A stretch of DNA of 32,000 nt from Geobacter sulfurreducens PCA (lineage in GTDB: Bacteria > Desulfobacterota > Desulfuromonadia > Geobacterales > Geobacteraceae), in the NCBI RefSeq assembly GCF_000007985.2, contig NC_002939.5, positions 1,110,001 through 1,142,000 on the forward strand, given 5' to 3'. Each line of letters opens with the position of its first letter. Positions within the stretch are counted from its first letter, which is position 1. Of the stretch, positions 15,641-23,621 are shown piece after piece. A program made the position numbers and the translations under genes. The notes below the pieces were generated by a model, which saw only the letters and a list, made by a program, of their open reading frames with translations, was not told the origin of the DNA and made no database searches.

Positions 15641-17337
15641 CATACAGCATTCTCGTGGTAGACGACGAGGAAAGCCTTCGCTACACCTTCCGCTGCTTCC
15701 TGGAGCATCAGGGCTATGAGGTAGCGATTGCGGCGAACTACGAAGAGGCCTTGGCGGCTCTGCCCGCCGGGTTCGATCTCGTTTTCGCCGATATCGTCCT
15801 CGGCGGCTGGACCGGCGTCGATCTGCTGCGCGAGGCCCGTTTGCGCGGTTTCGACGTTCCCTTCGTCATGGTGACCGGCTACCCCCACATCGATACCGCC
15901 TCTGAAGCGCTCAGGCTCGGCGCTTACGACTACATTCCCAAGCCGGTGAAGCAGGAGACCATCGTCCGGGTTGCCCGCATGGCGATCCGTCACCACCTGG
16001 TCTCCAAGGAGAAAGATCAGTACCGCTCCAACCTGGAGGCAATCTTCCGCAGCGTCAAGGATGCCATCGTCACTGTCGACCGGGGGATGCGGCTCATCGC
16101 CTGCAACGCTGCCGCCACCACGCTCTGCGGCATCACGAAGGACAGGGTCGAGGCTCAGGAGCTCTTCTGCCCCGAAGATTGCCAGCACCAGTGCCTGAAG
16201 CTTCTGGAGGAGACCCTCGTCAAGCGTCAGCCCATCGAAGGGCAGCGGTTCGTCTGCCGCAGACAGGGACAGCCCGATCGCATAATCGCCGCAGCCACGT
16301 CGCCCTTGCTGGATCAACTGGAAGGTTTCGACGGAGCCGTCCTCGTGGCCCGGGACGAAACCCGTCTCGACCACCTGGAGCGCCGGGCTTCGGGGCGCCG
16401 TTCCCATCTGTCGCTGGTCGGCGGCAGCGCGGCGATGCAGCGGCTCTATTCGCTGCTGGAGGCGCTGTCGGAGGTGGATACCACCGTCCTCATCACCGGC
16501 GAGAGCGGAACCGGCAAGGAGCTGGCCGCAGATGCCCTCCACCGGGGCGGACACCGTGCGGACAAGCCCTTTGTTGCGGTAAACTGCGCCGCTCTTCCCG
16601 AAACCCTTTTGGAGAGCGAGTTGTTCGGCCATGTGAAGGGGGCGTTCACCGGCGCGCTCAGGGACAAGGAGGGGCGCTTCCAGAAGGCCGATGGCGGAAC
16701 GATTTTCCTGGACGAGATCGGGGATATATCCCCCGCCATGCAGCTGAGACTGCTGCGGGTGCTTCAGGAGAAAGTGTTCGAGCGGGTAGGCGATGCGACG
16801 CCCATCCGGGTCGACGTGCGGATCGTGGCGGCCACCAACCGCGACCTGGCGCAACTGGTCCGCGAAGGGCGGTTCCGGGAAGATCTCTATTACCGTCTTA
16901 AAGTCGTGCACCTGGAACTTCCTGCACTCCGGGAGCGCAAAGAGGATATCCCTTTGCTGGTGGAGCACTTTCTCGGGCGACTGACCGCCCGCTTCGAGAG
17001 AAATCCGCTCACCATCTCCCAGGAGGCGCTGGACACGCTGATGTCCCACCCCTGGCCCGGCAACGTGCGCGAACTTGAACACGTTCTGGAACATGCGGCG
17101 GTCATCTGCCGGGGGCACGTCATTCTGTCCGATCATCTGCCTGCCGACCTTGCTCCTGCCGTGCCGGCTTCCGCGGCGCCGCGGACGGTCAGGGTAACGG
17201 ACGAAGCAGCCCTGATCCGCGATGCCCTCGTCCGGGCCGGCGGCAACAAGACCAAGGCGGCAAAGCTGCTCGGCATGAGCCGCCGGACTATTTATCGCAA
17301 GCTTGATGAACACGGCATCTTCGGTGACTTTAAGTAG
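15637..17337 (+). CDS. Sigma-54-dependent response regulator (NtrC family): REC-PAS-AAA+ (sigma-54 interaction)-Fis-type HTH
   Basis: ATGA overlap with the upstream kinase stop, and GAGGAG 5 nt upstream. REC: ILVVDDEE...LVFADIVLGG. Walker A GESGTGKE. GAFTGA loop HVKGAFTGA. Walker B GGTIFLDEIGD. Also RVDVRIVAATNRDL and PALRERKEDIPLL. C-terminal HTH: GGNKTKAAKLLGMSRRTIYRKL. Confidence 0.93.
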   Translation: MTYSILVVDDEESLRYTFRCFLEHQGYEVAIAANYEEALAALPAGFDLVFADIVLGGWTGVDLLREARLRGFDVPFVMVTGYPHIDTASEALRLGAYDYIPKPVKQETIVRVARMAIRHHLVSKEKDQYRSNLEAIFRSVKDAIVTVDRGMRLIACNAAATTLCGITKDRVEAQELFCPEDCQHQCLKLLEETLVKRQPIEGQRFVCRRQGQPDRIIAAATSPLLDQLEGFDGAVLVARDETRLDHLERRASGRRSHLSLVGGSAAMQRLYSLLEALSEVDTTVLITGESGTGKELAADALHRGGHRADKPFVAVNCAALPETLLESELFGHVKGAFTGALRDKEGRFQKADGGTIFLDEIGDISPAMQLRLLRVLQEKVFERVGDATPIRVDVRIVAATNRDLAQLVREGRFREDLYYRLKVVHLELPALRERKEDIPLLVEHFLGRLTARFERNPLTISQEALDTLMSHPWPGNVRELEHVLEHAAVICRGHVILSDHLPADLAPAVPASAAPRTVRVTDEAALIRDALVRAGGNKTKAAKLLGMSRRTIYRKLDEHGIFGDFK

Positions 17338-17418
17338 TTTTAAACACTTGTCCACGCATCGGGCCTCGAATGCCTACTGCCCAATTGACCCATCCGTTTT
17401 TTGTTTCTTAATTTATAC

Positions 17419-17445
17419 TCAAGTATTTTCATGCAGTGCCGACAT
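17419..17445 (+). promoter_or_regulatory. Sigma-28-like promoter candidate for the MCP-6/hemerythrin unit
   Basis: TCAAGTAT (17419-17426) - 11 nt - GCCGACAT (17438-17445). That is 6/8 and 6/8 against TAAAGTTT-N11-GCCGATAA with correct spacing. It lies inside an AT-rich leader (about 41% G+C). Confidence 0.35.
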
Positions 17446-17552
17446 GCTTCTAGTGAAGTCCGCTCTTCATGTGCATTGTTTTATGCATGATTACGTCGGC
17501 TTTATTTGTGATGATGATTAATTTTTTCTGTTTATTGGAAGGAGATCGCCGC

Positions 17553-19178
17553 ATGTTCATGAGAAACTGGAAAATCGGGACGAAACTGGCAACCGGGTTC
17601 GGAGGACTTCTTCTGCTGCTGGTGATCTTCACCACAGTAACCATCATTTCCATCCGGTTCGTGAAGACGAGCACGAGCCAGATCAGGACCGAGAGCCTTC
17701 CCTATGCCTTGCTCGCCGAGGAAATGGCGTTCGAGGTGGTTCAGGTCCAGCAGTTCCTGACCGACGTGGGGGCGACGCGGGAGCCCGATGCTTATGCCGA
17801 GGCGGACGCGGCCGCGGCAAATTTCCGCAAGTCTCTGAAGCAGTTCGAAGACATGTACCGCCGCGAGAATGATACCGCTGCCCTCCAATCCGTTGAAAAG
17901 ATGGAGAAGGACTTTGAGTCCTTTTATCAGCTGGGTCGACGGATGGCCGAGGCTTATATGGCCGAGGGGACGGAAGCGGGTAACCGTTTGATGGGCGATT
18001 TCGACAAGGTGTCAACGGTTCTTGCCGAAGACATGAGAACATTCAAGGAGGGGCAGGTCAGAGAAGCCAACCACATGACCGCGTCTGTGGACGAAACGCT
18101 CGGCGGGCTGGAAAAGGTCATTATCGCCCTTGCCGCTGCCGGGATCATTGTGGGGCTTTTCGCCTCCTGGTTCATCGGGAAAGCCATTTCCGCCCCCCTC
18201 GGCAAGGCGGTGTCCGCCATCGACCGGATCGCTTCGGGCGATCTCACCATCAGGATTCCGGTCACGGGAAGCGATGAAACCGGGGCGCTCGCCGTATCCG
18301 TCAACCGCATGGCGGACGATATGGGTACGGCCATGGCAGCCCTGGCCAATGCATCGTCACATCTGGCCTCGGCCTCGGTGGAGCTTGCGGTGCAGGCGGA
18401 CCAGATGGCCAAGGGGGCCGAGGAAGTGGCGGCCCAGACGGGAACCGTTGCCGCGGCGAGCGAGGAAATGGCCGCAACGTCCCACGAGATTGCCATGAAC
18501 TGTTCCCATGCCGCCGAAAGCTCCCGGAGGGCCAACGACCGTGCATCGGCAGGCTCCGATGTCATCCGTCGCACTGTCGAGGGGATGCATCGCATTGCCG
18601 AAAAGGTTCAGCGCTCCTCCGAGAGCGTTGCCGGACTGGGGGCCCGCAGCGACCAGATCGGCCAGATTGTTTCGGTTATCGAAGACATCGCGGACCAGAC
18701 GAACCTGCTGGCCCTCAACGCCGCCATCGAGGCGGCCCGGGCCGGGGAGCAGGGGCGGGGGTTCGCCGTGGTGGCCGACGAGGTACGTGCGCTGGCAGAG
18801 CGAACCGGCAAGGCGACGCGTGAGATCGCCCAGATGATCCGCTCCATCCAGCAGGAAACCGAGGGTGCGGTCAAGGCCATGGAAGAAGGGGTGGCGGAAG
18901 TCTCTGCCGGCAAGGAGGACGCCCAGCAATCCGCCGGTGCTCTCCGGGAGATCGTCGAGCAGATCGAGGCCATGACGACACAGATCAATCAGATCGCCGT
19001 CGCCTCCGAGCAGCAGAACGCCACCACCGATCAGATCACCATGAACCTCCAGCAGGTTTCGAGCGTTATCGAGGCGTCCTCCCGCGGTTCCGAGGAAACC
19101 GCCAACGCGGCCCATACCCTCTCGGCGCTCTCCGAAGAACTCCAGAGCATTGTGGGGCGGTTTCGCACGGCGGCTTAG
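17553..19178 (+). CDS. mcp: Methyl-accepting chemotaxis protein MCP-6; periplasmic helical-bundle sensor, HAMP, MCP signalling domain
   Basis: ATG 17553 ([26 protein letters not shown]) is 8 nt after GGAAGGAG; the ORF-track start 17469 adds AT-rich junk. All-helical periplasmic region: [29 protein letters not shown]... [26 protein letters not shown] tip motif [44 protein letters not shown] 19176-19178. Confidence 0.9.
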   Translation: MFMRNWKIGTKLATGFGGLLLLLVIFTTVTIISIRFVKTSTSQIRTESLPYALLAEEMAFEVVQVQQFLTDVGATREPDAYAEADAAAANFRKSLKQFEDMYRRENDTAALQSVEKMEKDFESFYQLGRRMAEAYMAEGTEAGNRLMGDFDKVSTVLAEDMRTFKEGQVREANHMTASVDETLGGLEKVIIALAAAGIIVGLFASWFIGKAISAPLGKAVSAIDRIASGDLTIRIPVTGSDETGALAVSVNRMADDMGTAMAALANASSHLASASVELAVQADQMAKGAEEVAAQTGTVAAASEEMAATSHEIAMNCSHAAESSRRANDRASAGSDVIRRTVEGMHRIAEKVQRSSESVAGLGARSDQIGQIVSVIEDIADQTNLLALNAAIEAARAGEQGRGFAVVADEVRALAERTGKATREIAQMIRSIQQETEGAVKAMEEGVAEVSAGKEDAQQSAGALREIVEQIEAMTTQINQIAVASEQQNATTDQITMNLQQVSSVIEASSRGSEETANAAHTLSALSEELQSIVGRFRTAA

Positions 19179-19237
19179 CGGACAGGGTCGGCAGGAGGCG
19201 CCGACCTTTGCGGGATAGATCACGAAGGGAGAACGTG

Positions 19238-19642
19238 ATGGTTGTATGGAAGGATGAGTATCTGATCGGGGTCGAGCAGGTGGACCGGCAACATCGCGAA
19301 CTTTTCGCCCGGTTTCATCGGCTGATGGATGCCCTCACCGGGGGGACCGCCAGGCACGAGTTGCTGGAAACGATCGCGTTCCTCGAATCATACGCCGAGA
19401 ACCATTTCCGGGAGGAGGAATCCCTGCAGCAGGAATGCCACTATCCCGACGCCGGCTTCCATCGCATGGCCCACGAGACGTTCCGCCGGCAGCTCGGCGA
19501 CATCACCGCATCGCTCGCAGAGCAGGGGGTAACCAACCTGCTGGTGATCGAAACCGGGCGGACCCTGTTCCAGTGGCTCGTGGACCATGTCTGCGGCATG
19601 GACAGGGAGTTCGCGTCTTATCTTCAGCAGAGGGTGAAGTAA
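19238..19642 (+). CDS. Bacteriohemerythrin (stand-alone hemerythrin-like metal-binding protein)
   Basis: ATG 19238 follows GAAGGGAG. MVVWKDEYLIGVEQVDRQHRELF is the typical hemerythrin N-terminus. Diiron ligand pattern: H (DRQH), H-x3-E (HFREEE), H-x3-H (HRMAHETF), H-x4-D (DHVCGMD). 134 aa, starting 59 nt downstream of MCP-6. Confidence 0.9.
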   Translation: MVVWKDEYLIGVEQVDRQHRELFARFHRLMDALTGGTARHELLETIAFLESYAENHFREEESLQQECHYPDAGFHRMAHETFRRQLGDITASLAEQGVTNLLVIETGRTLFQWLVDHVCGMDREFASYLQQRVK

Positions 19643-21927
19643 AAGGTAGCTCCCTGTCCTACCTCTCCTTCCGCCCAGACCTTTCCGCCGTGGCGCTGGA
19701 TGATCCGCGCCACCGTGGCAAGGCCGATGCCGTGCCCTTCGAAATCCTCGCTGTGATGGAGCCTCTGGAACGGCGTGAACAGCTGTTGCGCGAACTCCAT
19801 GTCAAAGCCGGCTCCGTTGTCGCGCACGAAGTAGGCGACGGTGCCGCTCCTGTCGGTCACGCCGAACTCGATGCGGGCGTCTTCCTGCTTGCTGCTGTAT
19901 TTCCACGCATTTCCCACCAGGTTGTCGAGTACGATATGGAGCAGCCCCGCGTCTCCCCGGGCCGTTATTCCCTCGGTCAGGTGGAAGCTGACCTTGCGCT
20001 CCGGCTCGCCTATTTTCAGGGTTTCGGTTATCTGCCGGGCCATGGTGCTCAGGTCGACCGTTTCGGGCTTCATCGCACAGCGCGAGATCCGGGAAAAGTT
20101 GAGCAGTGTCCCGATAAGGCGATCCATGTTGCGCGTTTCGTCGTAAATGCAGCGGACGAAATCGCGGCACTGTGCCTCCAGTTGACGGCCGTACAACTCC
20201 AGGATGAGCTGGGAGAACCCGTTGATGTTGGTGAGGGGACGGCGCAGGTCATGAGAGACTGAATAGTTGAACGCCTCCAGCTCTTCGTTGGCGTCCTCAA
20301 GTTCGCGGTTTACCGCTTCCAGTTGCTCGACACTCGTCTCCAGTTCGCAGTTGGTTTCCTCCAGCACCTCCGCCCGGTCCTCCAATTCCTTGTTGAGGAT
20401 GACGATCTGCTGCTCGGCCCGCTTGCGGGCAGTAATGTTCCGTACAATGCTTAACAGGCACTGCTTGCCGTTCAGTTCAATGATGACGCCCGAGTAAAGG
20501 CCGATGATCGTTTCACCGTTCCTGCTGCGGAACTGGATTTCCCGGTCATGGACCGATCCCTGTTCGGCAACCTCGCGCAGGATGTTTTCGCGTTCGGCGG
20601 TGTCAATCCAGATGCCGAGGTCGTACGATGTGCGGCCGAGCACCTCTTCCTTCCGCCAGCCAAGGGTTTTTTCGAACGCTCCGTTTACCTCCAGGTACCG
20701 TCCGTCGACAAGGGATGCGATGATCATGATGGTGGGCGCGGTGTTGAATGCCTTTGCAAAGCGCTCTTCCGAAGCGCGGAGCTCGGCTTCGGCCCGCTTA
20801 CGGGTGGTAATGTCCTGGAAAAAGACCGAGAGCCCATCCCGCGAGGGGTAGGCGTGGACTTCGAACCAGCAGGCGAGGGGAGGGTAGTACTCCTCGAACG
20901 TGGCAGTCGTTCCGCTTGCCACGGCGCGACGGTACTCGACGTCAAACCTTGTGCCCACGGCGGCGGCGAATTCCTCCCAGATACTCTTTCCCAGCAGGTC
21001 GTCTCGGGTGCGCCCGAGCAATCGCTCCGCCTCCCCGTTCAGGTAGGTGAAGCGCCATGAGTGATCCAGTGAAAAGAACGCATCGGTAATGCTTTCGAGG
21101 ATGGTGGAGATGCGCTGGTGGGACTCCCGCACGGCCTCTTCCCGTTCCGTCAGTTCCCGGAACAGGATATCGTAGGGGCGGGTCAGGGCCGTCTCGACCA
21201 GCCCCCGGTAGATGAGCAGCACGGCCGCCGCCTTGAACAGGTGGCCGACCAGATTGCTCAGGCCGTAGACGTCGATGTAGAAGGTGAAGGCCAGTTCGGC
21301 GCCCACCATGAGAGCAATGGCTCCCGACAGATAATTGGCGACCCGGCGGTCGAACGCCCTGCGCTTGACTCGCAACAGGACCAGGGCCGCCACGAATGTT
21401 GCGGAGATGATGTATTCGCTGACCCTTTTGAAGGGGGTAAGCCCCACTCCCTCCACGAAGCAGACGGGAAAGATCTGCCAGACAAAGATGGCGGCGAGCA
21501 GCAGCGAGGTGACGGCCAGGTATGCAGTCAGCAGGGTGCGCGACAGGAGCCGGCGGCCGATGAAGAAAGGTGCCAGGAGGAACGAGGCGCTCTGCAGGTA
21601 GCGCCCGGCTATCCAGAGTTGGGTGGGGAGGTTGGCGTCGAAGCCGGGGAAGAGCCCCATGCCCTTGTAGGCGATGGTGTGCAGCAGGTCGATGCTGCCG
21701 ACGCAGAGGTGGGCGATGCCGATGACCAGCAGGTACCCGTTGGCGGCAAAGCGGCGCGAGTTCCAGGCGATGACGAAGATCGCGCCCGACACGACCACGG
21801 AGAAGAATTCAACTAGGACGTGGAACAGCACGAAGCTGTAAAAGCTCGTCAGGTAGAGCGCGACGATGATTCCGGTTCCTATGACGAGGAGCGGTACGGT
21901 TTCAGACGAGTTCCTGTTCTCGATCAT
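19624..21927 (-). CDS. Sensor histidine kinase: polytopic N-terminal membrane sensor (MASE3-like), two PAS domains, coiled coil, HisKA, HATPase_c
   Basis: Start taken as ATG 21927 (MIENRNSS...); the ORF track starts at a TTG at 21963. About 7-8 hydrophobic helices, including FHVLVEFFSVVVSGAIFVIAWN. PAS1: ITDAFFSLDHSWRFTYLNGEAERLLG. PAS2: APTIMIIASLVDGRYLEVNGAFEKTLGW. H-box FNYSVSHDLRRPLTNI. G-boxes DNGAGFD and GHGIGLATVARIIQRHGG. The 3' end overlaps the hemerythrin 3' end by 19 nt. Confidence 0.85.
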   Translation of the reverse strand: MIENRNSSETVPLLVIGTGIIVALYLTSFYSFVLFHVLVEFFSVVVSGAIFVIAWNSRRFAANGYLLVIGIAHLCVGSIDLLHTIAYKGMGLFPGFDANLPTQLWIAGRYLQSASFLLAPFFIGRRLLSRTLLTAYLAVTSLLLAAIFVWQIFPVCFVEGVGLTPFKRVSEYIISATFVAALVLLRVKRRAFDRRVANYLSGAIALMVGAELAFTFYIDVYGLSNLVGHLFKAAAVLLIYRGLVETALTRPYDILFRELTEREEAVRESHQRISTILESITDAFFSLDHSWRFTYLNGEAERLLGRTRDDLLGKSIWEEFAAAVGTRFDVEYRRAVASGTTATFEEYYPPLACWFEVHAYPSRDGLSVFFQDITTRKRAEAELRASEERFAKAFNTAPTIMIIASLVDGRYLEVNGAFEKTLGWRKEEVLGRTSYDLGIWIDTAERENILREVAEQGSVHDREIQFRSRNGETIIGLYSGVIIELNGKQCLLSIVRNITARKRAEQQIVILNKELEDRAEVLEETNCELETSVEQLEAVNRELEDANEELEAFNYSVSHDLRRPLTNINGFSQLILELYGRQLEAQCRDFVRCIYDETRNMDRLIGTLLNFSRISRCAMKPETVDLSTMARQITETLKIGEPERKVSFHLTEGITARGDAGLLHIVLDNLVGNAWKYSSKQEDARIEFGVTDRSGTVAYFVRDNGAGFDMEFAQQLFTPFQRLHHSEDFEGHGIGLATVARIIQRHGGKVWAEGEVGQGATFYFTLC

Positions 21928-22229
21928 GGATATCCCTGCACCTGTTTGATGTCTTGTAACCAAAACGTTCGCGGGACGATGCGGCGGTGAGTATACCGGC
22001 TCAATGCCGTGCTGCGCAAGCCAGGAAATCCCTGAGGAAGCATAACGCGCCGTCGCGGGACTCAGTCGCTCTCTTCCGCAGTTCGCGGTTGCGCAGGCGC
22101 GGCGCGGGGGGTATTCTTAGAGCTTGTTTGCAGGCAACGGGCCGCCAAGGCGCTGACGGCGTGTCGCCAGCCCCCGCACGCCGGCACCGGTTGCGGACAA
22201 CACCCGCTTCGACAATCTCCGGAGGCCCC

Positions 22230-23105
22230 ATGCGGTATCCCGATACGGTCAATCTTCCCTTTAACGCAGCGGTACTCGGCGACTGCTTCGAAATGCTCCA
22301 TCCCGGCATCCCCGATGATGGCGCGCCGGGCATCTGGACCATTCTGCGCGGCGGTTCGCTGGTTGTGGCCGCCCAGGCCGACCGATTGGTTCTCCCCCGT
22401 GGGACGTTGCCGGATGGGCTTGTTGCCGAGTCCGAGCCTGTCCTTATTGCCCGCTGGCAGGGGCTGCCGGTCAGGGCCGTCCGCATCGGCTCCCGGGCCG
22501 AGCTGCCGTCGCATCTGGCTGCTGAGCCGTTCAACGCAGGCGACGAACGTCTGGATGACGCAACCCTCACTCTGGGCGGCATTGCCCAGCAGGTCCTGCA
22601 CTGGGATCTCTCCAGCGTCCGCTGCCCGCGTTGCGGTGGTGCCACGGAGCGTCTTGCCGGCGGATGGGGCAAGCACTGCCCCTCGTGCCGGACCGAGCAT
22701 TTTCCCCACATCCATCCCTGCGCCATCATCCTCGTCAGGAGGGGAGACGAGTTTCTCCTGGTTCGCAAGCCCGAGTGGGCGCCCGGGCGTTATAGCCTCG
22801 TGGCCGGTTTTCTCGATTTCGGTGAGTCGCTGGAGGAGTGCGCCCGCCGTGAGGTGCGGGAAGAGGCAGGGGTTGAGATTACCGACATCCGCTATGTGGG
22901 GAGCCAGTGCTGGCCGTTTCCGAGCCAGCTCATGGCGGGGTTCGTGGCTGAATACACCGGCGGCGAGATCCGGGTCGATCCCGATGAAATCGAGGACGGC
23001 CGCTGGTTCAGCGTGGACCGGATGCCCGGTTCGCTCCCCCATCACCGCAGCATTGCCCGGTGGATCATCGAGCGCTTTGCACTCGGGGACCGGGAAAAGT
23101 CATGA
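22230..23105 (+). CDS. nudC: NAD(+)/NADH diphosphatase NudC (Nudix hydrolase with zinc ribbon)
   Basis: ATG 22230 follows GGAGG. Zinc ribbon CPRCGG...CPSC. Nudix box GFLDFGESLEECARREVREEAGV. NudC-specific SQCWPFPSQ motif. The ORF-track extension back to 21987 is Arg/Ala-rich and not protein-like. Confidence 0.88.
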   Translation: MRYPDTVNLPFNAAVLGDCFEMLHPGIPDDGAPGIWTILRGGSLVVAAQADRLVLPRGTLPDGLVAESEPVLIARWQGLPVRAVRIGSRAELPSHLAAEPFNAGDERLDDATLTLGGIAQQVLHWDLSSVRCPRCGGATERLAGGWGKHCPSCRTEHFPHIHPCAIILVRRGDEFLLVRKPEWAPGRYSLVAGFLDFGESLEECARREVREEAGVEITDIRYVGSQCWPFPSQLMAGFVAEYTGGEIRVDPDEIEDGRWFSVDRMPGSLPHHRSIARWIIERFALGDREKS

Positions 23106-23167
23106 AAGGCCGGAACCCGGGAATCGGGATTCGGAAAAGCGTACCAGCACCGTAAGGGAGGTTCACC

Positions 23168-23608
23168 GTGTCATTTGTTTCCGCTCTCTGCCGCCTGGCC
23201 GTCGCCCTGTGGGTCGGCGGCGCAACCCTGTTCACCTTTGTCCTGACCCCGACCATCTTCCGTTCCGAGAGTCGTGACGCAGCAGGGCGTATCGTCGGCT
23301 ACCTCTTCCCGGGCTACTTCCGCTGGGGGCTCGCCTGCGGTGCCGTGGCCCTGGTGGCGCTCCTGGTCGTCAGGGGAAAGAACTGGATTCCGGCCGCGGC
23401 CCTGATGGTGGTGATGCTTGCCGTCACGGCGTTCCAGGCCCTCCACATCGAGCCGAAGGCCGCGGAGCTCAAGCGCCAGATCCCCTCTTTCGAAACCACC
23501 ACCAAGGATCATCCTCTCAGGCGCGAGTTTTCGAAGCTCCACGGGATTTCTGCGGCGTGCAACCTGTCGGTGATTGCCGGCGGGGTGGTGCTGGTTATCC
23601 TGCTCTAG
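23168..23608 (+). CDS. Small 4-TM membrane protein, DUF4149-like
   Basis: GTG 23168 is 5 nt after AAGGGAGG. Four hydrophobic helices. N-terminus LAVALWVGGATLFTFVLTPTIF and FPGYFRWG resemble the DUF4149/TMEM205 family. Confidence 0.6.
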   Translation: MSFVSALCRLAVALWVGGATLFTFVLTPTIFRSESRDAAGRIVGYLFPGYFRWGLACGAVALVALLVVRGKNWIPAAALMVVMLAVTAFQALHIEPKAAELKRQIPSFETTTKDHPLRREFSKLHGISAACNLSVIAGGVVLVILL

Positions 23609-23621
23609 GGTGAAGAACACC

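Noticed and set aside
15325-17355. 676-aa antisense ORF opposite the 3' end of the REC-PAS kinase gene and the whole sigma-54 activator gene
   Set aside because: The plus-strand genes carry unmistakable Walker A/B, GAFTGA and HTH motifs. The minus-strand product has no motifs and is a GC-bias artefact.
21968-22062. Repeated 9-mer TCGCGGGAC (about 21969 and 22053) in the GC-rich divergent region between the MASE3-like kinase and nudC
   Set aside because: Short GC-rich repeats of this length are expected by chance at this base composition, and I see no palindromic or phased arrangement.
21987-22229. 81-codon N-terminal extension of the nudC ORF
   Set aside because: The extension is Arg/Ala/Ser-rich with no NudC homology. 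ATG 22230 has a GGAGG SD and gives a protein of normal NudC length with an N-terminal domain before the zinc ribbon.
22001-23045. Minus-strand ORFs (255 aa and 327 aa) opposite nudC
   Set aside because: They are antisense to a gene with Nudix and zinc-ribbon motifs and have no motifs or start signals of their own.
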